Shown here piece by piece: positions 48,696 to 60,130 of a stretch of 64,000 bases of DNA. Below the pieces are notes generated by a model. It saw only the letters and a list, made by a program, of their open reading frames with translations. It had not been told where the DNA came from and did no database searches. The stretch spans positions 37,388,001 through 37,452,000 of the forward strand of contig NC_086097.1 in assembly GCF_963921235.1 (NCBI RefSeq). The letters are read 5' to 3'. The stretch comes from Mobula hypostoma. Its lineage: Eukaryota. The translations under genes were made by a program, and so were the position numbers. Within the stretch, counting starts at the first letter, position 1, and each line of letters starts with the position of its first letter.

Positions 48696-49869
48696 GCCAG
48701 ATCTCAGTTATTTTCGATCCGAGTTCTTTTAGGAGTTCAGGAATGAGCAAGAAACTTTGATTTTCATGATCTTTTATTTTAAAGTTTAAATAAAGATACA
48801 GAGCATTTGAAACTAAATGAGGAGCTGAGAAGCAAAGCAGAGATGAAAGAAATTCAATAAATTCAATATGGTGTTTTTGAAAAATCAATCACCTTTATAC
48901 TCGAGAGAACAAAAATTCCTTAGACAGAGAATAACCAATCAAGAGGCTACAAAATTAAAACAATTATAACACATATATAATGTGCTAATACTCAGCCAAT
49001 TAAAAAAATGAAAAGTTTTATGTAACTGCTATACCACCCTCTGTCATTAAGTGGGGACAAACCACCACATACTGTGAAAATTACTAGTTTGTTAAAGATG
49101 CAAATTGTCAAAAATACAAATTATGTCAGTAAAAAAAACTATGCTTTTAGTCTTGAATTGATTTAACTAATATCTTATAAAAGTATTTAAAAAGCAACCA
49201 ATTCCAACAATTGCTCTATCACTTCCTATCTTCAACAGTGAAGGACAATGGCAAACAGCCTCTAAAATCTGTACAGGTGAGATTTTAAAAGTATAATTGT
49301 CAGTCATTTGGCTTAGAATTTGTTCCTGGGTTAGAAATATTTCTCAGGTTAGATGGTGAAGGAAGTGGAAATGAAAATAAGTGTGAGTTGTGAAGGAGAC
49401 CAGAAAATGAATAACGTTTACCTTACCTGACTCTGCAGGACTGGAGTAGCCACATGAAATGGCTAGATCAAGGGGTTGGCCATGTATAAGGTGGAGGCAA
49501 AGTTAAGGAAGAACACAAGGACAACGTACTCCAACAAAGAGTGCTTCACCTGAAATATTGGCTCTAATGCTCTTTGCACAGATGCAGCCTGAGCTCCTGG
49601 TTGTTTACATTCACGACTCTGGGAATTAGAGATATTAGGGGGGAAGCAGGAAGGGTAGAGGATGTCAGAGGAGTGTATTAACAGGATTTTGTGCTGCATT
49701 CATAATAGAGTCATTGTGGCAGAGTAAGCCCATTTCTGAGATTATTCTATCATGGATTAGACCCAATCTATAAAAATTAAAATTAGTTATTTGAATTATG
49801 AAACCTCTAAGCACTTTGCAAAATACGAAGTTCTTTATTAAATGTCACAATATGCTTATCTTGTTTACA

Positions 49870-50050
49870 GAAAAACCATAAATGCTGGAAGAACCCAACC
49901 AGTGAAGTAGCATCTGTGGAACGAGAAACCAGATAATGTTTTAGGTCAGAGATCCTTCCTCAGACCTCAGAACACTCTTGAGCCTAGATGTTAACTGGTT
50001 TCTCTTTCCACTGATGTTGTTTGTCAAGCTGAGTTTTTCCAGCACTTCTA
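49870..50050. mobile_element. Old palindromic pLTR-derived element
   Basis: aaatgctggaagaacc...gtttttccagcactt inverted arms. Confidence 0.45.
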
Positions 50051-50852
50051 ACTTGGGTTCATATACATATACTTGCTTCCCTTTCTCTCACGCGTGCTTA
50101 TGGAGTAGTTAGATTAAAAGAGCCAAAAACGACATGGTCCTCTTCAATAGCAGAAAAATACTGCAACCACACAATCAAAGGCTTTTGTTCCTATGACACT
50201 CGGTGATGCAATGCCAGCGATTCTCAGCACCTTTCTGTCAAGTTTTTATATTCTGTAATTTCTCTAATAATTAAAAGTAAAGAAATAAAAAATGATAGGA
50301 GGGCTAGAGAGTATCTGCAAAGAGATAAACAGGATTGACTTTTCAAGCTGAGTATTTTTCATGAGAATAGACACGCTTAATCCTGGATCTGGGGAGCTAA
50401 CTTTGAATCATTTTTGTATTCAGAAAATCTTTCTGTCGCCCTGCCTATTAGATCTCATAATACTGTGGCTTCCCCGTGATTCCTCTTCCTATCCTGCATA
50501 GCTGAGTAACTAATTGGGTCACAGACTGTGCTCCAGCGGTACTCCCTTCAGCACCATCACCCTCTTCCACATTCAGAACTAAGTGCCAGTTGGAGAGTAC
50601 AGTGTCCTTATGTGATATCTTGACTGGCCCTCCCGGGCTACCAAACGACCAGACATTCCTTCGTTCTCTGAAGACAAAAGCTGTGGGATGATCAGATACT
50701 GAAATATGTAGTGCACAAACCTATCCATCCAGAATATAAGTTGTGAACAGTTAAGGTCGGAAATCCTAGCTTTATATTTATCAATACTGAATTACAATGT
50801 GCCGTCTCCATGCGTTGCTGTTGTGTCATAAAGGTGATCATCGACGGTAAAA

Positions 50853-50933
50853 CCACAAGACGGCGCTAGATGGTGCTGTTGTATACTATTCAGCTCAGAT
50901 TTCCCAGTTTGGTTTCCAAGATAGATGGCAGTA
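50853..50933 (+). promoter_or_regulatory. Cluster of CTCF-like motifs
   Basis: ccacaagacggcgct overlapping gcgctagatggtgctg, plus aagatagatggcagta, in unique CpG-retaining DNA. Confidence 0.45.
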
Positions 50934-51087
50934 TTATCCAATGACCACAGAAATTACCAACATACAGGTTGTCTCAAGAATATTTCAGTCTAGTCCCTCT
51001 CCATGACCACACAAAGTGTTCTGAAGCCAAAGAAGGATTCCAGCAAAAAAAAAATACTGGTTCCAGGAATGGCTTTATAAAGCGTAA

Positions 51088-51445
51088 TAGAGTAAAGTTT
51101 AGAAGTATGAGAGGAGATCTCAAGACGTACAAAGTTCTTAAAAGGCTCGATAAGCTAGATTCAGGGAGGCTGTTTCTCCTGGCTGAAAAGTCGAGGAACA
51201 AGTAACACGGTTTCACAACAAAAGCAATTTAGAACCAAGATGAGGGGAAATGTCTCCTCTCAAGGGGTTGGTGAACGTATGGAACTTTCTGTCCAAGCTT
51301 AGCGTGTGCGTGCAAAGCAGAGTGATGGAATTAAGTGAGGTGGGGAGGTGCTGTGAAATAGTACTGAGGCAGAAGGTCGGCCGTAAATTTCATGTTTGAT
51401 AGAGCAGACCTGAAGGGTCAGACTGCTTCTATTTCTCATGATCTA
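51088..51445 (+). mobile_element. CR1 3' fragment
   Basis: MRGDLKTYKVLKRLDKLDSGRLF. Confidence 0.75.
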
Positions 51446-51454
51446 CATCGGAAA

Positions 51455-53760
51455 TAGAACATAAAACAGTACAGCATAGGACAGCCCATTCGGCCCACAA
51501 TGTTGTGCTGAGCTAGCTAAAAAGCAAATCAAAACCACCCAAAAACAAATCCCTTCTCCCTACACCATGTCCTTGGCCCTCCATATTCCTTACATCCATG
51601 TGCCTATGCAAACATACCTTAAAAGCCTCGAATGTATTTGCCTTGGCCGCTATACTGGGCAGTGCATTCCAGGCACCCACAACTCTCTGAATAAAAACTT
51701 ACCCCTCACATCCCTCTTGAAGCTACCCCCTCACCTTCACTGTATTCCCCCGGTATTAGATATTTCAACCCTGGGAAACAGATCCTCTCTGTCCACTCTG
51801 TCTAGGCCTCTCATAACCTCGTAAACCTCTATCAGATCTGCTCTCAGCCTTGGGCGCTCCAAAGAAAACAAGATGAAGGTAGAGCAGTAGATGTAGTGTA
51901 TATGGATTTCAGCAAGGCATTTGATAAGGTACCCCATGCAAGGCTTATTGAGAAAGTAAGGAGACATGGGATCCAAGAAGACATTGTTTGTGGATCCAGA
52001 ACTGGCTTGCCCACAGAAAGCAAAGAGTGGTTGTAGATGGGTCATATTCTGCATGGAGGCTGGTGACCAGTGGTGTGCCTCAGGGATCTGTTCTGGGACC
52101 CCTACTCTTCGTGATTTTTATAAATGACCTGGATGAGGAAGTGGAGGGATGGGTTATTAAATTTGCTGATGACACAAAGGTTGGAGGTGTTGTGGATAGT
52201 GTGGAGGGCTGTCAGAGGTTACAGCGGACCATTGATAGGATGCAAAACTGGGCTGAGAAGTGGCAGATGGAGTTCAACCCAGATAAGTGTGAGGTGGTTC
52301 ATTTTGGTAGGTCAAATATGATGGCAAAATATACCATTAATGGTAAGACTTTTGGCAGTGTGGAGGATCAGAGGGATCTTGGGGTCCGAGTCCATAGGAC
52401 ACTCAAAGCTGCTGCGCAGGTTGACTCTGTGGTTAAGAAGGCATATGGTGCATTGGCCTTCATCAATCGTGGGATTGAGTTTAAGAGCCGAGAGGTAATG
52501 TTGCAGCTACATAGGACCCTGATCAGACCCCACTTGGAGTACTGTGCTCAATTCTGGTCATCTCATTACAGGAAGGACATGGAAACCATAGAAAGGGTGC
52601 AGGGGAGATTTACAAGGATGTTGCCTGGATTGGGGAGCATGCCTTATGAGAATAGGTTGAGTGAACTCCTTTTCTCCTTGGAGCAATGGAGGATGAGAGG
52701 TGACCTGATAGAGGTGTACAAGATAATGAGAGACATTGATCGTGTGGATAGTCAGAGGCTTTTTCCCAGGGCTGAAATGGCTAGCACGAGAGGGCATAGT
52801 TTTAAGTAGGAAGTAGGTATAGAGGAGATGTCAGGGGTAAGTTTTTACACAGAGAGTGGTGAGTGCATGGAATGGGCTGCTGGCGACAGTGGTGGGGGTG
52901 GAAATGATAGGATCTTTTAAGAGACTCCTGGATGGATACATGGAGCTTAGAAAAATAGAGGGCTATGGGTAAGCCTAGGTAGTTCTAAGGTAAGGCCATG
53001 TTTGGCACAGCTTTGTGGGCCGAAGGGCCTGTATTGTGCTGTAGGTTTTCTATGTTTCTATATTTTCCACCTAAGTTTATCCAACCTCTCGTGATAGCAC
53101 ATGCCTTCTAAACCAGGCAGCGTCCTGGTAAATCTCTTCTGCACCCTCTCCAAATCCTCAACGTCCTTCCTATAGTGGGGCGACCAGAACTGTAAGCAAT
53201 GCTCTAGATGTGGCCTAACCAGAGTTGTATAAAGTTGCAACATAACCTCTTGACTTTTGAATCAATGCCTCAACTAACAAAAGCAAGCATTCCATAAGCC
53301 TTCTTAACCAACTTTTCGACCTGTGTAGCCGCTTTTGAGGAGCTATGAACTTGGATCCCAAGAGCTCTCTGCTCAACAACACTGTTAAGGATCTTGCCCT
53401 TAACAGGGTACTGACTCCTTACATTTGCCCTGCTGAGGTGCAACACCTCACATTTATCTGGGTTAAACTCTATCTGCCAGAGCTCAACCCAAATCTGCAA
53501 ATGATCTCTATCCTGCTGTTACTTCTGCTAATCTTCTACTCTATCCACAACTCCACCAATCTTGGTATCATCCGCAAATTTACTAACCCTCCCATCTACA
53601 TTTTCATCCCAGTTATTTATATACATCACAAACAGCAGAGGTCCCAGCACAGATCCCTGTGGAACACCACTATACAGACCTCCAGCTCAATTAAGTCCCG
53701 TCAACCATTACCCTCCATCTTCCATACTCAAGCCAGTTCTGAATCTGAAAAGACAATTCA
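51455..53760 (-). mobile_element. Older CR1 (51455-51870 and 53058-53760) split by a younger opposite-strand CR1
   Basis: FSLERPRLRADLIEVYEVMRG | MLQLYTTLVRPHLEHCLQFWSP. Confidence 0.85.
51871..53057 (+). mobile_element. Young CR1 3' fragment containing a 273-aa RT ORF (51988-52809)
   Basis: [43 protein letters not shown]; ttctatgtttcta tail. Confidence 0.95.
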
Positions 53761-54177
53761 TCTCAAACCCCATTCTCATTGATGTCTTCACCCAGACACC
53801 AAAATCCAAATTTCCTGGCTTTTTCACTTTTTCATGTACGTGTAATGGCCCTTACCCTCGGTGCTGGATTTGGCTGACTGCTTGCATTGAGCATCTGCAC
53901 CCATCCTGAATATCATGGATTTCGGTTAAGCAGGGCAACCGCTTATTTGGGACAACTCAAAGAACAAAACCCAATCAGGAAAATAGCCAGGATTCCCTTT
54001 GTTTATTTGGGACACTATGCCGCTTAATTAGGTCATGGGACTGTTGCCTAGCAGTTTCTAACTAGCGTCAGTCACGTGCATTTTTGTATGGCTGTTAGCC
54101 TCTACGGAGAGAGCAGTTTTTAAATAGCGGTAGTGCGTGTGCTTGGTGTTATATTAAACATGACTCCAGGACAATAA

Positions 54178-54363
54178 TTTTGGATCTCCCCCTCCCTCCC
54201 CCACTTTCAAATCTCTTACTATTTCTTCTTTCAGTTAGTCCTGACGAAGGGTCTCGGCCTGAAACGTCGACTGTACCTCTTGATGCCGCCTGGCCTGCTG
54301 CGTTCACCAGCAATTTTTATGTGTGTTGCTTGAAATTCCAGCATCTGCAGATTTCCTCGTGTC
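54178..54363 (+). mobile_element. Penelope pLTR fragment
   Basis: Near-identical to the pLTR at ~17966-18112. Confidence 0.85.
54237..54272 (+). ncRNA. Minimal type I hammerhead ribozyme, intact core
   Basis: agtc-CTGACGA-agggtctcggcct-GAAAC-GTC-gact; predicted cleavage after 54268. Confidence 0.8.
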
Positions 54364-54782
54364 CGGGACGATATCCCGTGCAACATCAGTTTACAGGCTA
54401 TGGTGCTCAAGAACTTGGGTGATCTTATTTTTTTGTGACTGAATAGTTTTCGGCTATTGTAATTATATTTGCTACATCTGCCTTGTACAGTATGTGACCG
54501 TGGGTAGTGTGTTTTGCGCCCCCGGAGGAACACTGTTCCAACGGACAACAGACACCAATTCAAAAAGTAGTAGTTTTTGGTTATTTTGTTTTTTATTTTG
54601 ACTTCATGTAGAAAGGCAATGAAGGCAGTCCATCTGCACTACGTGTCGGCGCTGATTTTGTTCGTTTACAATCTAAAGAACATGACAGCATACACTGGAA
54701 TTCTTCCGTTGATAACTATTAGGAACTATTGTACTGTAGTAGTATTGGTGGTGTTCTAATTTGTTCTGTATTTCATTTAAAC

Positions 54783-54861
54783 CGGGGGTTCCCAGCCTGG
54801 GGTCCACGGACTCTTCAGCAATGGTAGGGTTCTATGGCATAACAAAGGTTGTCAACCCCTG
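54783..54861. mobile_element. hAT MITE (same family as 19373-19460)
   Basis: cgggggttcccagcctggggtccacgga...aaaggttgtcaacccctg; diverged TSD atttaaac / acttaaat. Confidence 0.7.
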
Positions 54862-55269
54862 ACTTAAATGGCGCTGGCAATATATGGTGAGGTTTTGCGG
54901 GCAGCTCACAGAACTACCAGGCATTTACTACTTCTTCTGAACTATGATCACTACAATCCGGGCCCTGTTATTTCCTTACAAGAAATGTATTTTTGAAACG
55001 GCTAAAAGAAGTAGCGATTTTACAATCTCTTGAAGGTTTCAGCAAACTTGACTCTCGAGAACACAGTTACGGCACCTGAAGACAAGGGTCGGACATCACT
55101 GGGGTGAACATCAAGACAGGTTAAAGCATCAAGGCCCGAGAGCAAAAAACAAACTGGTTTTCAGTCTCATTACTCCTTGCCAGCCAAGATCCCCCACCTG
55201 AGCCCATCCAATCTGCCCGTGTTTGACCAGTCTCCCTCTCTTCACGCTGCAACCACCAGGCAAGGGGAG

Positions 55270-55790
55270 GGGGGGAGAGAAGATGCAGTAGTGTAGGGTT
55301 CCACACCGCCAGGATTAGCAGTAGCTGTTGTCCCGCTGTCATCAGGCTCCAAACCGGCTTCACTCGTCTCAACACTGAACTGTCTCCGCAGCCTATGGAC
55401 TCAATTTCAGAGACTTTGCAGCTCATGTTTTATGTATAACTTGAGAAAAAAAACACGTTTATTACTTCAAGCAACGTCAGGAAGGGTCTCGGCCCGAAAC
55501 ATCGACTGTACCTCTTCCTATAGATGCTGCCTGGCCTGCTGCGTTCACCAGCAATTTTTATTTATGTTGCTTGAATTTCCAGCATCTGTAGATTTCCTCG
55601 TGCTTATGTTTATTACTTGTCCAAATGGTCCTCTTTTTGGCCTTGAATGATTTTTGATTTTTGTTGTGTGTGATTTTTTTGTGTGGATTCTGTTGTGATT
55701 CTTTGTTTTCTGGGTGCCTGCAAGAAGATGGATGACAAGGTTGTATATGGTATTCTTACTTTGATAATAAATTTACTTCTGACTTTAACT
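55270..55790 (+). mobile_element. Rex-type 3' fragment with a Penelope pLTR insert (~55478-55605)
   Basis: Rex tail ctttgataataaatttact; insert gaagggtctcggcccgaaacatcgactg. Confidence 0.7.
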
Positions 55791-56244
55791 TTATTTTCTC
55801 TTTTTTATTGCTTTTAACTATTTCCATGAAACTTTGGCTAATTTGGGCAGCCGCTTAATTGGTCCAAGAATTACTGATCCCGATGAGTCCCAATTAACTG
55901 GAATCCACTGTACGTTAACCAGACATGGATGTATAGCTAGAATCTCCCTGAACCTTAGATCCTGGTGATGCCTTGCAAGACTAAATGTGTCCTTTGTAGC
56001 AGTGATCTTCATTCTGGATGCCCCAACAGACTTTGAAGGAAGCCAAAGATGGATGAAGAGCTAGGAGCTTGGTTCCCATCAAGTTTGTAAAAGGAACTGA
56101 CATCACTGATATTTTGAGATATGGTATATAAATTGCTGCAAAAATTATTAGAAATTATTTTTTTAATTTAAATGGAAGTAGCTTAAGAAACACTAAAATA
56201 TTGAACTACAGTAAAATAATTTAAAAATCTGAAATAAGAACATA

Positions 56245-57200
56245 ACACAATAAGAACAGCTGGTCGGTTAATAAAAATTGGGTTAAAGTTTCAAATCCAG
56301 GGTCCTTTGTCAGAAGTAGAAAAGAAAAACAATGTTGGCATTAATTTGTAGAGAAGGTGAGAGCAGGGGTGGGTATAAGAAAGGGAATATCTGTGATAGG
56401 CTGAGGTCAGGATTACAGTGAAGATAAGTAGCAGAATTAATGGCAGCAGTTAGAGATAATGCAGACAAAGGAGTTTAAAATATTGCTAAATGGAGGGCAG
56501 TCTAATGGAGGAAATGAGTCATTATCACTGATGGATGACTTATAGTGAAATTGCCAATTCCAATATGGAGAATGAAATCTATTAACAGATGAATAATTTA
56601 ATATGTAGTCTAGAAGACTATAACGTGCCCAGATGGAAGATGAAGTTCAGTTCCTCAGGCTTGCCTTGAATCCCACTGTAACACTGCAGAAGACCACTGA
56701 TATGTAGCTCATAGTCGGAGTAGGATGGAGAATTAAAGTGGCAAACTGCAGGAAAGTCAGGGATGCCCCGTGGATTGGACACAGAAGCCCCACAAAGTGG
56801 TCAATCAATCAGGATTTGGTTTCTCCAATATTGAATATTGTACACTAGATTGGAAGATGTTTCAGCAAATCGCTGTAGTACTTAGAAAGACAGTTTGAGT
56901 CTTCGTATAGTGGGAGGGAAGGTGTGCGAGAACAGGTGCTTCATCTCCATGGTTACATGGGAAAGTTTCATCAGGGAAAGGAGTGGTTGGTGGGGAAGGA
57001 AGCATAAACTAGGGAGTTTTGAAGGAAACTTTGAAATGTAGAAAGGAGAGGGGAAGTTGGGTCAGGTGTACAATTTAGTTAAAGACGGTAAAAATGATGA
57101 AAGATGATTCATTGACTGTCGAGGTTGGTGGGGATGCAGGTGAGAATTCTATCCTTGCCCTAACCAAGAAGAGAAGGGATGAGAATGAAAGGATTACATG
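56245..57200 (-). mobile_element. Old degraded Penelope-like element
   Basis: Reverse strand gives DHFVG..CHFNSPSYSDYELHISGLLQC..IFHLGTL, homologous to the GIY-YIG end at 17505-17731. Confidence 0.65.
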
Positions 57201-57244
57201 AGATAATTTGTCCACAGTTAACAGATCTCTCATCTCATCGAATG

Positions 57245-58100
57245 TATGATAGAGAAGGACGAGTAGGCCATGGGCCCCATGCACCATTCAACTGATGATC
57301 TTTTACCTCTGTGTTACTCACCTGCACTAAATGCAATATATTTTCATTCCCTTAAAATTGACCTCTGGCCTTTTGGATGGAATGACAAAAAATTCACAGC
57401 CTTCTGAGGGAAAAGAAATTCTTCTTACCTTTGTTCCAAGCATCCCGACTTTATCCCTGCATCCTTCATCAAGTCCATAAAAATTTTGTGTATTTCAATG
57501 AGACCTTCACCAGTCATTCATCTAAATTCTAGGGAGTATAGATTCATCCTTCTTGATCTGTCCTCATGCAACAAACTCACCTCTCCAGGAATCAATTTGT
57601 GAACTTGTAATGCCCTCCCTAGATTGCCATTTAGTAAATGAACCAGACCTTGCACAATTACACGCAAACACGAGGAATTCTGCAGATGCTGGAAATTCAA
57701 GCAACACATATCAAAGTTGCTGGTGAACGCAGCAGGCCAGGCAGCATCTCTAGGAAGAGGTACAGTCGACATTTCAGGCCGAGGTCCTGATGAAGGGTCT
57801 CGACCTGAAACATGGACTGTACCTCTTCCTAGAGATGCTGCCTGGCCTGCTGTGTTCACCAGCAACTTAGATGTGTGTTGCTTGCACAATTACAAATGGA
57901 GTTTCACTAAGGTATTACAAAATTGAGGAAAGATTTCTCTACTTTTGTGCCCAAATTTTGCAATATAGGCCATTTTCTCACTTGACTCTCCAAGTGTTTG
58001 ATGGACTTGGATGTAACTTTAAGTGATATGGACATCCAGGCCCCACTGTACATTAATACCAATCATGCTCACACCGTTTAAAAAATATTGTACTTTCTAT
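57245..58100 (-). mobile_element. Old CR1 fragment
   Basis: KLIPGEVSLLHEDRSRRMNLYSLEFR. Confidence 0.65.
57663..57880. mobile_element. Palindromic Penelope pLTR element with 14-bp TSD
   Basis: Inverted arms with cctgatgaagggtctcgacctgaaac at the apex; cttgcacaattaca at 57649-57662 and 57881-57894. Confidence 0.88.
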
Positions 58101-58387
58101 TAGAGAGATTCCCCAATGAAATGTGAGGAATCTCAGCAAAACAACAAATGGATTCCAAGTAGTTACTCAGCAAGTCTGGGTCCTGCAGTGGGATCATTAT
58201 CACAGTCCTCTCCTTTATTACAAAATCCTTGCTTTAACCTACACCCCAGCAATGCCTGATAAAACCATGGACCTGCTGGCTACCTTTGAAGATCTGGTGG
58301 CATTTGCTGTGTCACTATAGCAATCTGATTATGTTAATGGGTGACTGTTGAGACATAAATTCTGTACAAGTAGCAAAATTCAGGTAC

Positions 58388-59445
58388 CAGAATCAGGTTT
58401 AATATCACCAGCATATGTATCGTGAAATTTGTCAGCATTGCACACACACTCATGCATATATAGTCATGGTCCATTCAGAAATCTGACGGCAAAGGGGAAG
58501 AAGCTGTTCCTGATTTGTTTGAATGAGTACCTCTCCTTTGATGGTAGCCATGAGAAGAGGGCCCGTCCTGGGTGATGCACGCCACCTTTTTGAGGCACGG
58601 CTCCTTGAAGATGCTTGGATACCCTCGAGGCAAGTCCCCATGATGGAGTTAACTCATTTTACTGTTCCCTACAGCTTATTTTGATCCTGTGTAGTAGCCT
58701 CCCCGCAACCCCCACCCTCCCCATAACATTGCAGAAGACCACTGATATGTAGGTCGTAGTCGGAGTAGGATGGAGAATTAAAGTGGCAAACTGCAGGAAA
58801 GTCGGGGGTACCCCCGTGGATTGGACGCAGAAGCCCCACAAAGTGGTCAACCAATCAGGATTTGGTTTCTCCAATATTGAATGTTGTACACTAGACTGGA
58901 AGATGTTAGTGATGCAGTCAGTTAGGATGCTCTCCATGGTACATCTGTAGAAATTTGCAAGTGTCTTCGGTGATATACCAAATCTCTTCAAACTCCTGAT
59001 GAGATATAGCCGTTGTTGTGCCTTCTTTATGACTGCATCAATATGATGGGTCCAGGTTAGGTCCTCAGAGACACCCTGGAACTTTAAATTGCTCACTCTC
59101 TCCACTTCCGATTCCTCTTTGACGACTGGTGTGTGTTCCAACATCTTACCCTTTCTGAAGCCCACAATCAGTTCTTTGGTCTTACTGACACTGAGTGCAA
59201 AGTTGTTCCTGCGACACCACACAACTAGCTGGTATGTCTTGCTCCTGTATGCCCTCTCATCACCGTCTGAGATTCTGCCAACAAAGGTTGCATCATCAGC
59301 AAATTTATAGATGGGATTTGAGCTATACCTAGCCACACAGTCACGGGTATAGAGAGAGTAGAGCAGTGGGATAAGCACACATCCCTGAGGTGTGCCAGTG
59401 TTCATTGTCAGCGAGATGGAAATGTTATTTCCAATCCGCACAGAT
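58388..59445 (-). mobile_element. Rex1/Babar LINE RT fragment
   Basis: NTGTPQGCVLIPLLYSLYTRDC..IYKFADDATFVG..SVSKTKELIVGFRK; cagaatcaggtttaat tail. Confidence 0.9.
58724..58907 (+). repeat. ~184-bp direct copy of 56679-56861
   Basis: Manual alignment: about 11 differences, mostly transitions. Confidence 0.9.
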
Positions 59446-60014
59446 ATGTAACAAACAAACTTTTCTGATGTGAGTCAGTTATTCTTTCTTTTGCATATAT
59501 ATTTCTTTATCCTTCCCGATGGCAAATCAATTTAGAGCTAAGAAAGGCTGTCGTAAAAGGCTGATACACTCCATGTAAAAGGTGAAAATTAAGAATAGTT
59601 ATCTCTCTTCAAGCAAGGCCACTTTATTTTGCATGTAACATGAAACAACTATGAAATAAAATATAAATGATAACTGCCACAATACATTTGGAGAATAGTT
59701 TTCTGCCTGATAATTTGGCCAAATTGTAGAGAATAATCATCTTGATTGATTTGCACTTCCTGGGCACCTCTTAAAATCAATGATGAATATTCTTAATGTG
59801 CTGAAGAAATCATTTTCACTTATGCTTAAACTTCTTTGTTGGGATTGGGTAGTGAGAAGTGATGACAAAGTGCAGAATTCAATGCTTGGAGAGAGCCAAA
59901 TTGCATGTAGGCATGCAGTCTGCTTGTTGAAACCGAAGGTATAATGATGTTCCATAAGCTGTTTATTGTGCTTCCCACAACATTGGTGCCAGTGTTAAAC
60001 TGGCAATGTAATAC

Positions 60015-60130
60015 AACTGAGAAAGTGTCTCAGCCCAAAATACCGACTGTTCATTGCGATGGATGCTGGCTGACCTGCTGAATTCCTCCAGTGTTTTGCA
60101 TTTCCAGCATCTGCAAAATTTCCTGTGTTT
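60015..60130 (+). mobile_element. Penelope pLTR half (old)
   Basis: gtctcagcccaaaataccgactg...gatgctggctgacctgctgaattcctccag. Confidence 0.6.

Larger units (their letters stand above)
53912..55910. mobile_element. Tigger/pogo-like non-autonomous DNA element with nested insertions
   Basis: Right end ...cccaattaactggaatccactg-ta, degenerate left end ta-tcatggatttcggttaa; repeated gcttaatt/tatttgggaca subterminal motifs. Confidence 0.5.

Noticed and set aside
51988..52809. 273-aa ORF as a host gene or domesticated RT
   Set aside because: It is the 3' part of a 5'-truncated CR1 ORF2 with a typical tail and adjacent frame disruptions.
58659..59441. 260-aa ORF as a novel RT fusion protein
   Set aside because: Truncated Rex RT reading by chance into a templated insertion; the insert is read out of its GIY-YIG frame.
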